In this document: positions 1-9,095 of the stretch, piece after piece
How the letters are laid out: each line of letters begins with the position of its first letter
Numbering within the stretch: the stretch's first letter is position 1
Assembly: GCA_008933055.1 (NCBI GenBank)
Contig: WBXK01000001.1
Span: 1 to 60,102 of the forward strand
Length of the DNA: 60,102 nucleotides
Direction: 5' to 3'
Source of the DNA: Verrucomicrobiota bacterium
Lineage (GTDB): Bacteria; Verrucomicrobiota; Verrucomicrobiia; Limisphaerales; JADLHS01
Translations under genes and position numbers: made by a program
The notes under the pieces: model-generated
Database searches by the model: none
What the model saw: only the letters and a program-made list of their open reading frames with translations
What the model was told of the DNA's origin: nothing

Positions 1-450
1 AAAAATTGCCAGATACGCCACAACGCCTACATCCGCGAACACGTCATCGTAGGTGACGGCTGCGTGGTGGGAAATTCCAGCGAACTGAAAAACGTTTTAC
101 TTTTTAACGGCTGCCAGGTGCCGCACTTCAATTATCTCGGTGACTCCATCCTCGGCTACAAAGCCCACGTCGGCGCGGGCGTCATCGCCTCCAACCTGAA
201 ATCCCTGCCCCGCAACGTGACCGTGGACATGAAGGGCGTGCCGTTTGACACGGGGTTAAGGAAGTTCGGCGCGCTCATCGGTGACAATGCAGAGATCGGC
301 TGCAACAGTGTGCTAAATCCCGGCAGCATCATCGGACGCGGCGCCGTGATTTATCCGGGCGTGAACTGGCGCGGCATTTTGCCTGAAAACAAGATCGCCA
401 AGAACCGCCAGCCGGTAGAGATCGCCATCCGCAGGCCAAGAGAGTCGTGA
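1..450 (+). CDS. Hexapeptide-repeat (left-handed beta-helix) sugar nucleotidyltransferase/acyltransferase, C-terminal part; 5' end outside the window
   Basis: Frame 1 is open from nt 1 (KNCQIRHNAYIREHVIVGDGCVVGNSSELKN...) into the listed ORF 64..450. Repeated [LIV]-G-x4 hexads (VIVGDG, VVGNSS, HVGAGV, LIGDNAEIG, IIGRGA) are typical of GlmU/RmlA-like LbH tails. Confidence 0.6.
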   Translation, partial: KNCQIRHNAYIREHVIVGDGCVVGNSSELKNVLLFNGCQVPHFNYLGDSILGYKAHVGAGVIASNLKSLPRNVTVDMKGVPFDTGLRKFGALIGDNAEIGCNSVLNPGSIIGRGAVIYPGVNWRGILPENKIAKNRQPVEIAIRRPRES

Positions 451-750
451 TGCGGCACAACCTCACGAACTTCCGAACTTCCCCATTTTTGTGATCCTTT
501 CGCCCCGGCTCTCTGCCTGGGGCGAGCGTTGCCCTATTCTGGCTTGGCTTCGGCGCGACCGAACGTGCTGCCAATCGCCAGCACGTTCAGGGGAATCATT
601 GTTAGAGGAATAAAGTCCGAGGCGTTCCCGGATTGTGACAGTCCTCGGCCACAGCAAGGTGAAATGTGAGGAGGCCTCTCGAACTCCCAAAACCATCTTG
701 CGTGTGTCCATTCTTGAACCCCAGGGCGGGCGCACTGCGTCGCTGCACTG

Positions 751-970
751 CTGAGACAAGTCTCCCAGTTACAAAGCGCGGTCATGCCCTCATCATTACG
801 AATACTTTCTGGAGGTGGTTTTAAGTCTCCTATCGTCCAAGGGTTGTGTGATAAGCTAGGGATGTAATTCTCATTGAGCCTGTGCATCGTGAACGAATTT
901 GCCAATGCCAAGTTGGGAGATCAGCGTCTGAACGCAGGATTGCTCCAACTCAGCGGATCGGCTGCAACGC
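751..970 (+). mobile_element. Truncated left-end remnant of an IS4-family (Tn5/IS50-like) element
   Basis: nt ~780-955 align without gaps at roughly 80% identity to nt ~59622-59797. Shared blocks include GTCATGCCCTCATCATTACG and CATCGTGAACGAATTTGCCAATGCCAAGTTGGG. The ATG that opens the transposase in the 3' copy is followed directly by TAA here (862-867). Only ~20 N-terminal transposase codons (IVNEFANAKLGD.RL) remain, and similarity is lost after ~970. The outer boundary (CTGAG at 751) is uncertain. Confidence 0.6.
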
Positions 971-1540
971 TACTTGTCCATCAGGTGATCGCCTGGCAGG
1001 TGATGGCGTTGACGCAGCAAGGGCCAGCCCCAGGGGAGAGTGTGAAGGACGCCATCCTTGAATAAGGACAATGGGACGTGTTGAAAGCCACCACAGTCGT
1101 CAAAGAATAAGTCCAAGGAAGTCCGCCTCTTACGCAATAAGCCTTACGGCAGCTTGGGCGAATTAGTGGCCATATGGGGCGTCGAGGCGACTGGCATCTC
1201 GGCCTGCTCTGACTGACTTGCGGTCTCTAAAGACTCAACAACATCAACCTCGGTTTGACTCTCGCTCGCAAAGAAAGAAATTGTGCGCAATGATGAAGGT
1301 GGGCCTGCGCACTCGAAAGCACTCGTGTTTAGGGGCGCTTGGAATCTATTTGGGATAATCTGGCAGCACCATGGCGCCTTTGTGTTTAACCCATCGGGCA
1401 ATTTTTGCCGGGTCGCCCTAGCCTACCCGGCAATTTTTTCTTAGTTACCTCCCTCTTCCCCTCAGAAACCCTGCTTTCACTGCGGTTTTCTAGCATGGTA
1501 CCGGCGTTGCTAATTACGCCATCGTAACGAAACAAACAAG

Positions 1541-2059
1541 ATGATCGCACGATTCCATGGACGGGAGACAAGTGCCGAGTTTGCTCTGCTCCGGCAGCGG
1601 CGACTGATGATTTACGCACTCTTTTTCGCTGCCTCAATGTCTTTTGCGTTCGCGACGGACCTAACATCAACCGTCGCCTCCACCAACGCACTCCCCACGC
1701 TGCCAACGGCCGCAATGCCTTCGCCGGCGTCTTCTCTTTTCCGCGTGCTTGGCGCATTAGCGCTCGTGATGGCCGCATTCTTTGGCGGCGTCTGGCTCTT
1801 TCGTAATTGGCAGCGCATGGCAGTTGCCAAGGGTCACGCACCCAAGCTCAACATTATTGAAACCCGCTCGCTTGGCCAACGCCACGCCCTGCACGTAATC
1901 GGTTACGAGCAACAACGCATCCTAATTGCCGCGTCTCCTTCGGGCGTGACGATGCTCACTACGCTTCCCGCTGCTGCCACCGCCGCCGTTGAGGAAGCCC
2001 CAGTGAACAAAACTAATTTCACGGACGCACTTCGTCAGGCGTTGCAACGCAAGCCATGA
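1541..2059 (+). CDS. fliO: Flagellar export apparatus protein FliO
   Basis: One TM segment (LGALALVMAAFFGGVWLF) is followed by the FliO-type core LNIIETRSLGQRHALHVIGYEQQRILIAASPSGVTML. Its stop overlaps the fliP start (ATGA at 2056). The start is uncertain (alternative Met at 1607). Confidence 0.6.
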   Translation: MIARFHGRETSAEFALLRQRRLMIYALFFAASMSFAFATDLTSTVASTNALPTLPTAAMPSPASSLFRVLGALALVMAAFFGGVWLFRNWQRMAVAKGHAPKLNIIETRSLGQRHALHVIGYEQQRILIAASPSGVTMLTTLPAAATAAVEEAPVNKTNFTDALRQALQRKP

Positions 2060-2940
2060 ATTTCCCTACCCAGCAGCAGAGCGATCACCAGCCCGCGTTT
2101 GGCACACGAAAAACCTGGGTTTGGTGGCTCACGTTGCTCGTGCTGATCCTGGTCGCTCCCGCGGCTTGCGCACAAACTCCAGCCGCTTCCATCATGCCAT
2201 TCGTAGGTCCGGTAGCACCCTCAGGCATCACGCCCGCCACCGTTTCATCGCTCACCACTGGATTTGCACCGTTCAAATTGAATCTCGGCGTCGAAGGTTC
2301 GCAACAGCCGCAAGACGTGGATGTGGCTATCAAAGTTCTGTTCACGATCACACTGCTCACGCTCGCGCCTTCGATCATCCTGTTAATGACGTGCTTCACT
2401 CGCATCGTGATCGTGCTGTCGTTCGTGCGTTCAGCTCTCTCGCTGCAAGGCACACCTGCCAACCAGATCATCATCGGTCTCTCGCTGTTCATCACTTATT
2501 TCATCATGGCACCAGTGTGGGAGAAGATTGATGAGAACGCCCTTCAGCCTTACATGGCGAAGACGATTTCCTCCTCGCAAGCATTGGACGAAGCCGCCAA
2601 ACCAATCCGCGCTTTCATGCTCAAGCAGGCGCGTCCAAAAGATGTCGAATTGTTCGCCGCCATCGCCAAGTTGAAGCCGACTGCGCCAGAAAATCTGCCG
2701 CTCAAAGTCGTCATCCCGGGTTTTATCATCAGCGAACTGCGCACCGCATTCCAGATGGGTTTCCTACTGTTCGTGCCGTTCATCCTGATTGATCTCGTAG
2801 TGGCCACAGTGCTGATGAGCATGGGAATGATGATGATGCCTCCCGCTACGATTTCTCTGCCGCTCAAGATTCTCCTGTTCGTCCTCGTGGATGGATGGGA
2901 ACTGATCGTCCGCTCGCTCGTGTTGAGCTTTGGTGGCTAG
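2056..2940 (+). CDS. fliP: Flagellar type III export gate protein FliP
   Basis: Signal/TM N-terminus plus classic FliP blocks (LLTLAPSIILLMTCFTRIVIVLSFVRSALSLQGTPANQIIIGLSLFITYFIMAPV; IPGFIISELRTAFQMGF). Confidence 0.95.
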   Translation: MNFPTQQQSDHQPAFGTRKTWVWWLTLLVLILVAPAACAQTPAASIMPFVGPVAPSGITPATVSSLTTGFAPFKLNLGVEGSQQPQDVDVAIKVLFTITLLTLAPSIILLMTCFTRIVIVLSFVRSALSLQGTPANQIIIGLSLFITYFIMAPVWEKIDENALQPYMAKTISSSQALDEAAKPIRAFMLKQARPKDVELFAAIAKLKPTAPENLPLKVVIPGFIISELRTAFQMGFLLFVPFILIDLVVATVLMSMGMMMMPPATISLPLKILLFVLVDGWELIVRSLVLSFGG

Positions 2941-2951
2941 AGAGAGGAAAC

Positions 2952-3221
2952 ATGACACCTGAATTTTCAGTCGAACTGATCAAGACAATGATGTTCCAAG
3001 CTGTGACGCTGGCGTCGCCGATTTTGCTGACCGTGATGGTCATCGGGCTTGGTGTCAGCTTGTTTCAAGCGGTCACATCGATTCAGGAACAAACACTCAC
3101 GTTCGTCCCCAAAGTCGTCGGCGTCGTCGCGCTGCTCGTAGTTCTCCTGCCGTGGATGATGCGGACGATGATCGAATTTACCCGTGCAGTCTTTGAACGG
3201 ATTCCCACGATGGTCAATTAA
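2952..3221 (+). CDS. fliQ: Flagellar export gate protein FliQ
   Basis: 89-aa two-TM protein (MTPEFSVELIKTMMFQAVTLASPILL...SIQEQTLTFVPKVVGV) with GAGAGG 6 nt upstream of the ATG at 2952. The longer listed ORF start (2895) overlaps fliP and is unlikely. Confidence 0.9.
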   Translation: MTPEFSVELIKTMMFQAVTLASPILLTVMVIGLGVSLFQAVTSIQEQTLTFVPKVVGVVALLVVLLPWMMRTMIEFTRAVFERIPTMVN

Positions 3222-3374
3222 CCCCATGAAAATATCACTCGCAACCCAACTCCTCATGAAAGCCACAGCGAAGTCCTCTGGCCGCAAACTTCACAAGCTC
3301 TCAGCATCTGGCTGCTGCGCTGAGTTCAAGAAGACAAACAAGATCGTCACCAAGAAAAACTCGGCTCGCTCACA

Positions 3375-4142
3375 TTGAATGCTGCACTCACAACTTGGTT
3401 TCTCGTCTTCACGCGCGTCGGCGCGATGTTGTCCGTGCTGCCGATGTTCTCGACACAAATGATCCCGGTGCAACTCCGCATCGCACTCGGCGCGCTCGTG
3501 GCAATGCTTGTCACACCAATGTTGCCGACCGTGCCTGCGGATGGAATTTCAATCTGGCTACTCGTGAAGCTTATATTCATGGAAGTGAGCATGGGTTTGC
3601 TGCTCGGCTTTGTGTGTCGGTTTGTTTTCTACGCGTTAGAAATCGCTGGCGGCTTCATCGCCACGGAAATGGGTATCACACTGCCATCAGAATTTAATCA
3701 ACTCGTGTCCGGCCCAACAATGGCTCCTGGATTGTTACTTTACTGGATCGCGATGATGACGATGCTGAGTCTAGACTTGCATCACTGGATGATCGTGGGC
3801 TTTCAGAAAAGTTACGCGCTCGTACCGTTCGGCGGCGCGCATCTAAATGAGGCGTTGCTTTTGGATTTGGTGGCACGCAGCGGAAAGGTTTTTGTCATCG
3901 CTTTGCAGATTGCCGCGCCGGTCATGGCGGTTTCGTTCCTCGTCACGCTGGTGTTCGCGGTGCTGGGCCGCGCGGTGCCGCAGATGAACGTGTTCTCGGA
4001 AAGCTTTCCTGTTCGAACCCTGCTGGGACTGACGTCGTTAGGACTCACCTGTACGTTCATGGGTCAACACATCGCGAATTATCTGCGCCGCCTTCCCGAA
4101 GACATGCTGAACGTGGCGCGATTAGCCGGAGTAGGGAGCTGA
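3375..4142 (+). CDS. fliR: Flagellar export gate protein FliR
   Basis: Polytopic 255-aa protein with a FliR-type N-terminus (WFLVFTRVGAMLSVLPMFS) and the expected position between fliQ and flhB. TTG start, so the exact start is uncertain. Confidence 0.88.
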   Translation: MNAALTTWFLVFTRVGAMLSVLPMFSTQMIPVQLRIALGALVAMLVTPMLPTVPADGISIWLLVKLIFMEVSMGLLLGFVCRFVFYALEIAGGFIATEMGITLPSEFNQLVSGPTMAPGLLLYWIAMMTMLSLDLHHWMIVGFQKSYALVPFGGAHLNEALLLDLVARSGKVFVIALQIAAPVMAVSFLVTLVFAVLGRAVPQMNVFSESFPVRTLLGLTSLGLTCTFMGQHIANYLRRLPEDMLNVARLAGVGS

Positions 4143-4148
4143 ACCATC

Positions 4149-5237
4149 ATGGCTGACAATCAAGCAGGCGAAAAAACGGAGCAAGCCACACCACGACGGC
4201 TGGAGGAGGCCATCAAGCAGGGTCAATTCCCCCGCAGCGCCGAGGTGCAGACGGTGTTCGTTCTCGTCGGCGCATTGATTGCTTTGAAATTTGTCGGCCC
4301 GGATCTGTGGCAACGCTTCGTCAGCGTGCAGACATTCATGCTCAGCCACCTGCATGACATTCCGATCACAATCAAGGCCATGCCCGGTTATGGAATTGAT
4401 GCAGCATTGATGTTTGCAGCCTGCGTAGGCCCGATTCTAATCGGGACGACAGCGGGGGGGTTGATTGCTGGTGCAATTCAAAATCGTTTTCAGACTGCTT
4501 CAGAAGCACTCGCGCCAAAATGGGAAAGATTGAATCCCATGGAAGGTTTTCAACGCGTCTTCTCCACCAAAGCTTTCATGCCGACGGGCATTGCGATATT
4601 GAAACTCAGCGTCGTAGCGGCATTGACCTACTCGCAGGTCAAAACGCTGCTCAACGACCCCATCTTTTACACCGCTGTTCCGGTTTCTCGCATTGGAGCA
4701 TTCATTGCCACATCAGCACTCGGCATCACCTGGCGCGTGGTAACGTATCTTTCTGTGATCGCAGCTCTCGACTACGGCTACCAATTTTGGAAGACGAACA
4801 AGGACATGATGATGACGAAGCAGGAGGTGAAGGAGGAAATGAAAAACTCCGAAGGAAATCCTCAGATGAAAGCCCGTCAGCGTCGCCGCCGCGCCGCGAA
4901 GACGGTGCGCCAGATGTTGCAGGATGTTCCCAAAGCGGACGTGATCGTCACAAACCCCACACACTTCGCCGTAGCGCTGCGCTACGACCGCAAGACGATG
5001 AAAGCTCCGAAGATCGTCGCCAAGGGCACTCGTCTCAATGCGCTGCGCATCCGCGAGATCGCCACGAAGAATCAGATTCCCATTGTCGAGAACAAGCCGC
5101 TCGCGCGGATGATTTTCAAGTACGGCAAAGTTGGTGGCGAAATCCCCGCGCAACTATTCTCGGCCGTCGCCGAAGTTCTTGCCTACGTTTATCGCATCAA
5201 CCGCTATCGCTATTACGCCGAGCAAAACCACGTCTAA
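4149..5237 (+). CDS. flhB: Flagellar export switch protein FlhB
   Basis: N-terminal EKTEQATPRRLEEAIKQGQFPRS, four TM segments, and the autocleavage motif NPTH (VIVTNPTHFAVALRY) in the C-terminal domain. Confidence 0.95.
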   Translation: MADNQAGEKTEQATPRRLEEAIKQGQFPRSAEVQTVFVLVGALIALKFVGPDLWQRFVSVQTFMLSHLHDIPITIKAMPGYGIDAALMFAACVGPILIGTTAGGLIAGAIQNRFQTASEALAPKWERLNPMEGFQRVFSTKAFMPTGIAILKLSVVAALTYSQVKTLLNDPIFYTAVPVSRIGAFIATSALGITWRVVTYLSVIAALDYGYQFWKTNKDMMMTKQEVKEEMKNSEGNPQMKARQRRRRAAKTVRQMLQDVPKADVIVTNPTHFAVALRYDRKTMKAPKIVAKGTRLNALRIREIATKNQIPIVENKPLARMIFKYGKVGGEIPAQLFSAVAEVLAYVYRINRYRYYAEQNHV

Positions 5238-5240
5238 CTC

Positions 5241-7376
5241 ATGGCCATACCCAACATAACCAATCCCGTCGCCGGCAAATCCGGCGGCCTAGCGAAATAT
5301 CTGCGCCAAGGCGATCTCTGGCTCATACTCGGTCTGTTCGGCACAGTGATGTTGCTGGTGGTGCCAGTGCCGCCGATATTCCTCGACCTTTTCCTGGCCA
5401 TCAGCATCGCGCTGTCGTTGCTGATTCTGCTGGTGATCCTCTATCTCGAAGATGCGTCGGACTTCACGGGGTTTCCAACGTTGCTGCTGTGCATAACGCT
5501 GTTCCGACTAGCGCTGAACGTCGCTTCCACGCGGTTGATCCTTCTCGATGGTTACGCGGGTCACATCATCGAAGCGTTCGGCAATTTCGTCGTGCGCGGC
5601 AATTACGTCGTCGGTCTCGTCATCTTCCTGATACTTGTCTTGATCAACTTCATCGTCATCACTAAGGGCGCGGGCCGGATCGCGGAAGTCGCAGCGCGAT
5701 TCACTTTGGACGCCATGCCCGGCAAACAGATGGCTATAGATGCCGAACTCAGTGCAGGCGTAATCAACGACGAACAAGCCCGCACTCGTCGCCGCAAAGT
5801 GGAGCAAGAGGCGGACTTCTACGGCGCGATGGACGGTGCGAGCAAGTTCGTGCGAGGCGATGCGATTGCTGCTGTATTGATCACGCTCATCAACATTCTC
5901 GGCGGCTTTGCCATCGGCATCGTGCAAAAAGGCATGACCGTTTCGGAATCATTGCAACGCTTCACGCTGCTCTCCATCGGTGACGGTCTAGTCTCGCAGA
6001 TTCCAGCTCTTATCGTCTCAATGGCGGCGGGTATGTTGGTCACGCGCGCCGCATCGAAGAACAGTCTCGGCGCAGAACTTGGCAAACAACTCCTGTTCTA
6101 TCCGCGCGCGCTTCAAATTCTTACGGGCATGTTATTAGTGTTCGCCATCATGCCGGGATTGCCGATGCTGCCGTTCCTCGTGCTGGCGGTCGTGAGTGGT
6201 TACGCAGCTAAGGAGATGAAGAAACGCGGCTCGATCACAAAAGCTGCTACCGCTACCACAACTTCAGCCGCTGGCACAGATGGAAAACCCTTTGCGGGCG
6301 CAGCCGCAACTTCAGCTGCTGGCAGTGCTGGCGAGAAGATTGAATCCCTTCTTTCTGTAGACGCGCTCCAGATCGAACTGGGTTACGGACTCGTCAATCT
6401 CGCTGACACCCGAAAGAACGGCGATCTGCTTGAACGCGTGACCGGTGTGCGCCGCACGTTCGCTACGGAGATGGGCGTGGTGATTCCGCCAATCCGGTTG
6501 CGGGATAATTTGCAGATCGGCGCGAATGAATATCGATTCCTGCTCAAAGGCCAAGTCATTGCTCAAGGCAACTTGATGCCCGGCTACTGGCTCGCGATGA
6601 ACGCCACGAACAGCAAGGTGACCCTAAGGGGAATTCCTACGGTGGAACCTGTGTTCCAGTTGCCTGCAACTTGGATCACCGACGTGGAACGCAAGTCCGC
6701 TGAATCCGCTTGCTATACTGTGGTGGATGCGCCCTCCGTGATGGTCACGCATCTTTCTGAAACCATACGACGTAACGCGCACGAAATCCTCAGTCGTCAG
6801 GATGTGCAAATCCTGCTTGATAATCTCAAACAGACGCATCCGACCGTGGTGAATGAACTCATCCCCGCGCAACTCAACGTCGGCCAGGTGCAGCGTGTTC
6901 TCCAGAACCTGCTAGCCGAGGGAATCTCTATCCGCAACTTGTCCGGCATCTTGGAAAAAGTCAGCGACCACGCGAGTGTCACCAAGAATCCCGACGAGCT
7001 TTCCGAACACGCCCGCCGCGCATTAGGTGTTCAATTAGTCAAGCCGTTCCAATCTGAAACCGGTCAGATTCGAGCTATCACTCTGGATCCGAAACTGGAG
7101 CAACAGATCGCCCAAGGCGTTCGCCAATCAACTACGGAAATCGCTCTCCTGCTCGATCCAAAGCTCGCGCAGCATGTGATGAACGCTCTCTCTCGGCACA
7201 TCCAAAAGCTTCTGGCCGACGGACAACAGCCGCTCGTCTTATGTGCACCGCAGATACGCCTCGCGTTCCGACGCTTCTTTGAAAGCACGTTCGCCGATCT
7301 CAATGTCCTATCGTATGCCGAAGTTCCGGCGCGCATCGAAATTCAAAGTGCCGCCATGGTTCAGTCTCCCGAATAA
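5241..7376 (+). CDS. flhA: Flagellar export gate protein FlhA
   Basis: 711 aa with FlhA/InvA-family blocks (RFTLDAMPGKQMAIDAEL, GAMDGASKFVRGDAIA, SIGDGLVSQIPALIVS) and a large cytoplasmic C-domain. Confidence 0.97.
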   Translation: MAIPNITNPVAGKSGGLAKYLRQGDLWLILGLFGTVMLLVVPVPPIFLDLFLAISIALSLLILLVILYLEDASDFTGFPTLLLCITLFRLALNVASTRLILLDGYAGHIIEAFGNFVVRGNYVVGLVIFLILVLINFIVITKGAGRIAEVAARFTLDAMPGKQMAIDAELSAGVINDEQARTRRRKVEQEADFYGAMDGASKFVRGDAIAAVLITLINILGGFAIGIVQKGMTVSESLQRFTLLSIGDGLVSQIPALIVSMAAGMLVTRAASKNSLGAELGKQLLFYPRALQILTGMLLVFAIMPGLPMLPFLVLAVVSGYAAKEMKKRGSITKAATATTTSAAGTDGKPFAGAAATSAAGSAGEKIESLLSVDALQIELGYGLVNLADTRKNGDLLERVTGVRRTFATEMGVVIPPIRLRDNLQIGANEYRFLLKGQVIAQGNLMPGYWLAMNATNSKVTLRGIPTVEPVFQLPATWITDVERKSAESACYTVVDAPSVMVTHLSETIRRNAHEILSRQDVQILLDNLKQTHPTVVNELIPAQLNVGQVQRVLQNLLAEGISIRNLSGILEKVSDHASVTKNPDELSEHARRALGVQLVKPFQSETGQIRAITLDPKLEQQIAQGVRQSTTEIALLLDPKLAQHVMNALSRHIQKLLADGQQPLVLCAPQIRLAFRRFFESTFADLNVLSYAEVPARIEIQSAAMVQSPE

Positions 7377-7627
7377 CGAAAGCGAAAGCATGAAAACAAA
7401 AACACACATGGCAGCAAGGATCGCCGATAGCCAATCAGTGCCTTTGGAAGCTCCTGCCACAAGCAAGAAGCGGCATCCGGTGAGGTGCGGCAACTTTTGG
7501 CCTTGTGAGAACTTGAGCAATTGCCCGCGTTTGTGGGATTTGACTGGAGTGTTTGCGAACAAGGCAATCGTGCTCCCCGTGCTGATTGGCGGGAATGGTT
7601 CACGTTCATTATAAATGTTTTCACGCC

Positions 7628-8812
7628 ATGCAAGTTCATACCTATCTCGCTGAATCAGTCGCCGACGCTGTGTCGCAAATCCGCGAGACGCTCGGCCCGG
7701 AAGCCGTCGTTTTGAATGTGCGTCGGTTGCCGGCTGAAGGCTTGGCTCGCCTATGGAAGAACCCCCAAATCGAAGTGCTGGCGCATGTGCCACAGAAGAT
7801 TACTACGCCCCTCGCGGTTGATGCGCCGGTCTTGGATGAAGTTCAGGTAAGGGCGCTGGCGGAGTTGCGCGCGGAGACGGCGGAAATACGGGAGAATATT
7901 CAAAGACCTGTAATAGCTGCGAGCGATGCCTTTACTGACGCTGATAGTAGGGCGGACCGTTCAATTCCGAACGAAGGAGCGTTGGCACATGTCGACGGGT
8001 GCGAGGTGACGGACCTCCCAGCGCACACTGGCGATTGGCGAATCGGCTCATTGTTGGAGCAAAACGGTTTGTTGCCTGCGCTTGCTGAAAGCATAGTGGC
8101 CGAGCTGTGCGAGAAGCATGGTGAGGCTGCGCCAGTCTCGCTCGCGGACGAAATTTGCTTTGTAAGGCAGGTTCTTTCCGCACGTTGGCAAAATCCCCCG
8201 ACTACAGTTATCGGCACGCATGTATTCATCGGCGCCCCCGGCGCAGGCAAGACCACCGCTCTTTGCAAATGGCTCGCACAAGTTGCGCTTGTCGAAGGTC
8301 ACAGCACGGCGGTTTGGCGTTTGGACGGTGTGGTGGCAAACACTGCGGAGTCACTCAGTGTCTTTGGTGAGATTCTTGGCGTCAACGTCGAGCGGTTCGC
8401 GTCCGCGGATGGTGAAATGCCTGATGTAGATGTTTTATTTGTGGATTTACCAGGCGTGATTTATTCCGATGCGAATGCCGTGGCTCAACTCTCCCAACGT
8501 ATCAAAACGTTGCCACACGCGCAGGTTCATCTGGTGGTGAACGGCGCTTATGAGACATCACTATTGCTTGCGCAGGCGCGGGCATTTTCCAAACTTCCCA
8601 TCACAGACCTTATCGTGACCCATCTAGATGAGGAAACGCGCTGGGGCAAAGTGTGGAATTTGGCACTAGGCATAAATTGCCCAGTGCGCTACCTGAGCAG
8701 CGGGCAAAATATTCCCGGTGACTTCGTCGTAGCGTCTGCAGAACAACTCTTCTCACGGCAGTTCCCTAACAAAACGAGTAATCTGGATCTAAACACAAGG
8801 CAAAGAGCGTGA
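7628..8812 (+). CDS. flhF: Flagellar SRP-type GTPase FlhF
   Basis: N-terminus MQVHTYLAESVADAVSQIRETLGPEAVVLNVRR (FlhF B-domain style). G1 GAPGAGKTT, G3 DLPG, G4 THLDE. ATG at 7628 is preferred over the longer listed start at 7586. Confidence 0.85.
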   Translation: MQVHTYLAESVADAVSQIRETLGPEAVVLNVRRLPAEGLARLWKNPQIEVLAHVPQKITTPLAVDAPVLDEVQVRALAELRAETAEIRENIQRPVIAASDAFTDADSRADRSIPNEGALAHVDGCEVTDLPAHTGDWRIGSLLEQNGLLPALAESIVAELCEKHGEAAPVSLADEICFVRQVLSARWQNPPTTVIGTHVFIGAPGAGKTTALCKWLAQVALVEGHSTAVWRLDGVVANTAESLSVFGEILGVNVERFASADGEMPDVDVLFVDLPGVIYSDANAVAQLSQRIKTLPHAQVHLVVNGAYETSLLLAQARAFSKLPITDLIVTHLDEETRWGKVWNLALGINCPVRYLSSGQNIPGDFVVASAEQLFSRQFPNKTSNLDLNTRQRA

Positions 8813-8853
8813 TGGCAGGTGGCCTGCTAAAGTAAACATCGGGATCAATTGAA

Positions 8854-9084
8854 ATGAAAAAAATGATGATCATGGGTGGGTTATTGGGGTTCGGGATCGG
8901 TGTGATTACTGGTTATGTGAAAGAAGTTTCATGGCCCGCGATTTTTTTGCGCGCGTGTGTCACGGCGCTAATTTCTGGTTTGCTTTTCCGTTGGTGGGGT
9001 CGTGTTTGGTTAAGCGGATTGAGGGACAGCCTCGCAACCAAGTCCGCAGAAAAACAATCCAGCCCCACGGCTGCGATAAAATAA
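8854..9084 (+). CDS. Small two-TM membrane protein, unknown function, in the position usually held by flhG
   Basis: 76-aa ORF with two hydrophobic segments (IMGGLLGFGIGVITGY; ACVTALISGLLFRWW), same strand and tightly spaced between flhF and fliA. No recognisable motif. Confidence 0.4.
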   Translation: MKKMMIMGGLLGFGIGVITGYVKEVSWPAIFLRACVTALISGLLFRWWGRVWLSGLRDSLATKSAEKQSSPTAAIK

Positions 9085-9095
9085 TTTTGAATTAA

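Noticed and set aside
534-911. Minus-strand ORFs 534..911 and 59399..59839 sharing the peptide LALANSFTM..LNE...SL.HNP.TIG.LK.P...RNDEGMTAL
   Set aside because: The shared peptide is the antisense translation of the repeated IS4-family DNA, including the transposase 5' end. The sense strand gives a clear Tn5-like transposase N-terminus, so these are not treated as genes.
1144-1401. 85-aa minus-strand ORF upstream of fliO
   Set aside because: There is no start context, motif or hydrophobic pattern. It lies in the probable promoter and leader region of the flagellar operon. Evidence is insufficient to call a gene.
4520-5665. 381-aa plus-strand ORF rich in Arg/Ser/His
   Set aside because: It is an out-of-frame overlap of flhB and flhA, both of which carry diagnostic motifs. 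The composition is typical of an off-frame reading of GC-rich coding DNA.
7395-7430. GCCGATAG at 7423-7430, close to the sigma-28 -10 consensus GCCGATAA, in the flhA-flhF gap
   Set aside because: No TAAA-like -35 element sits at the required ~15-nt spacing (the sequence there is ACAC/CACA). A single octamer match is not enough.
8671-8690. TGGCAC...TTGC (sigma-54-like) inside flhF, and TTGGCAT...TTTGC at 39164-39181
   Set aside because: The GG-to-GC spacing is 5 nt and 2 nt too long respectively for a -24/-12 promoter. The first also lies within coding sequence.
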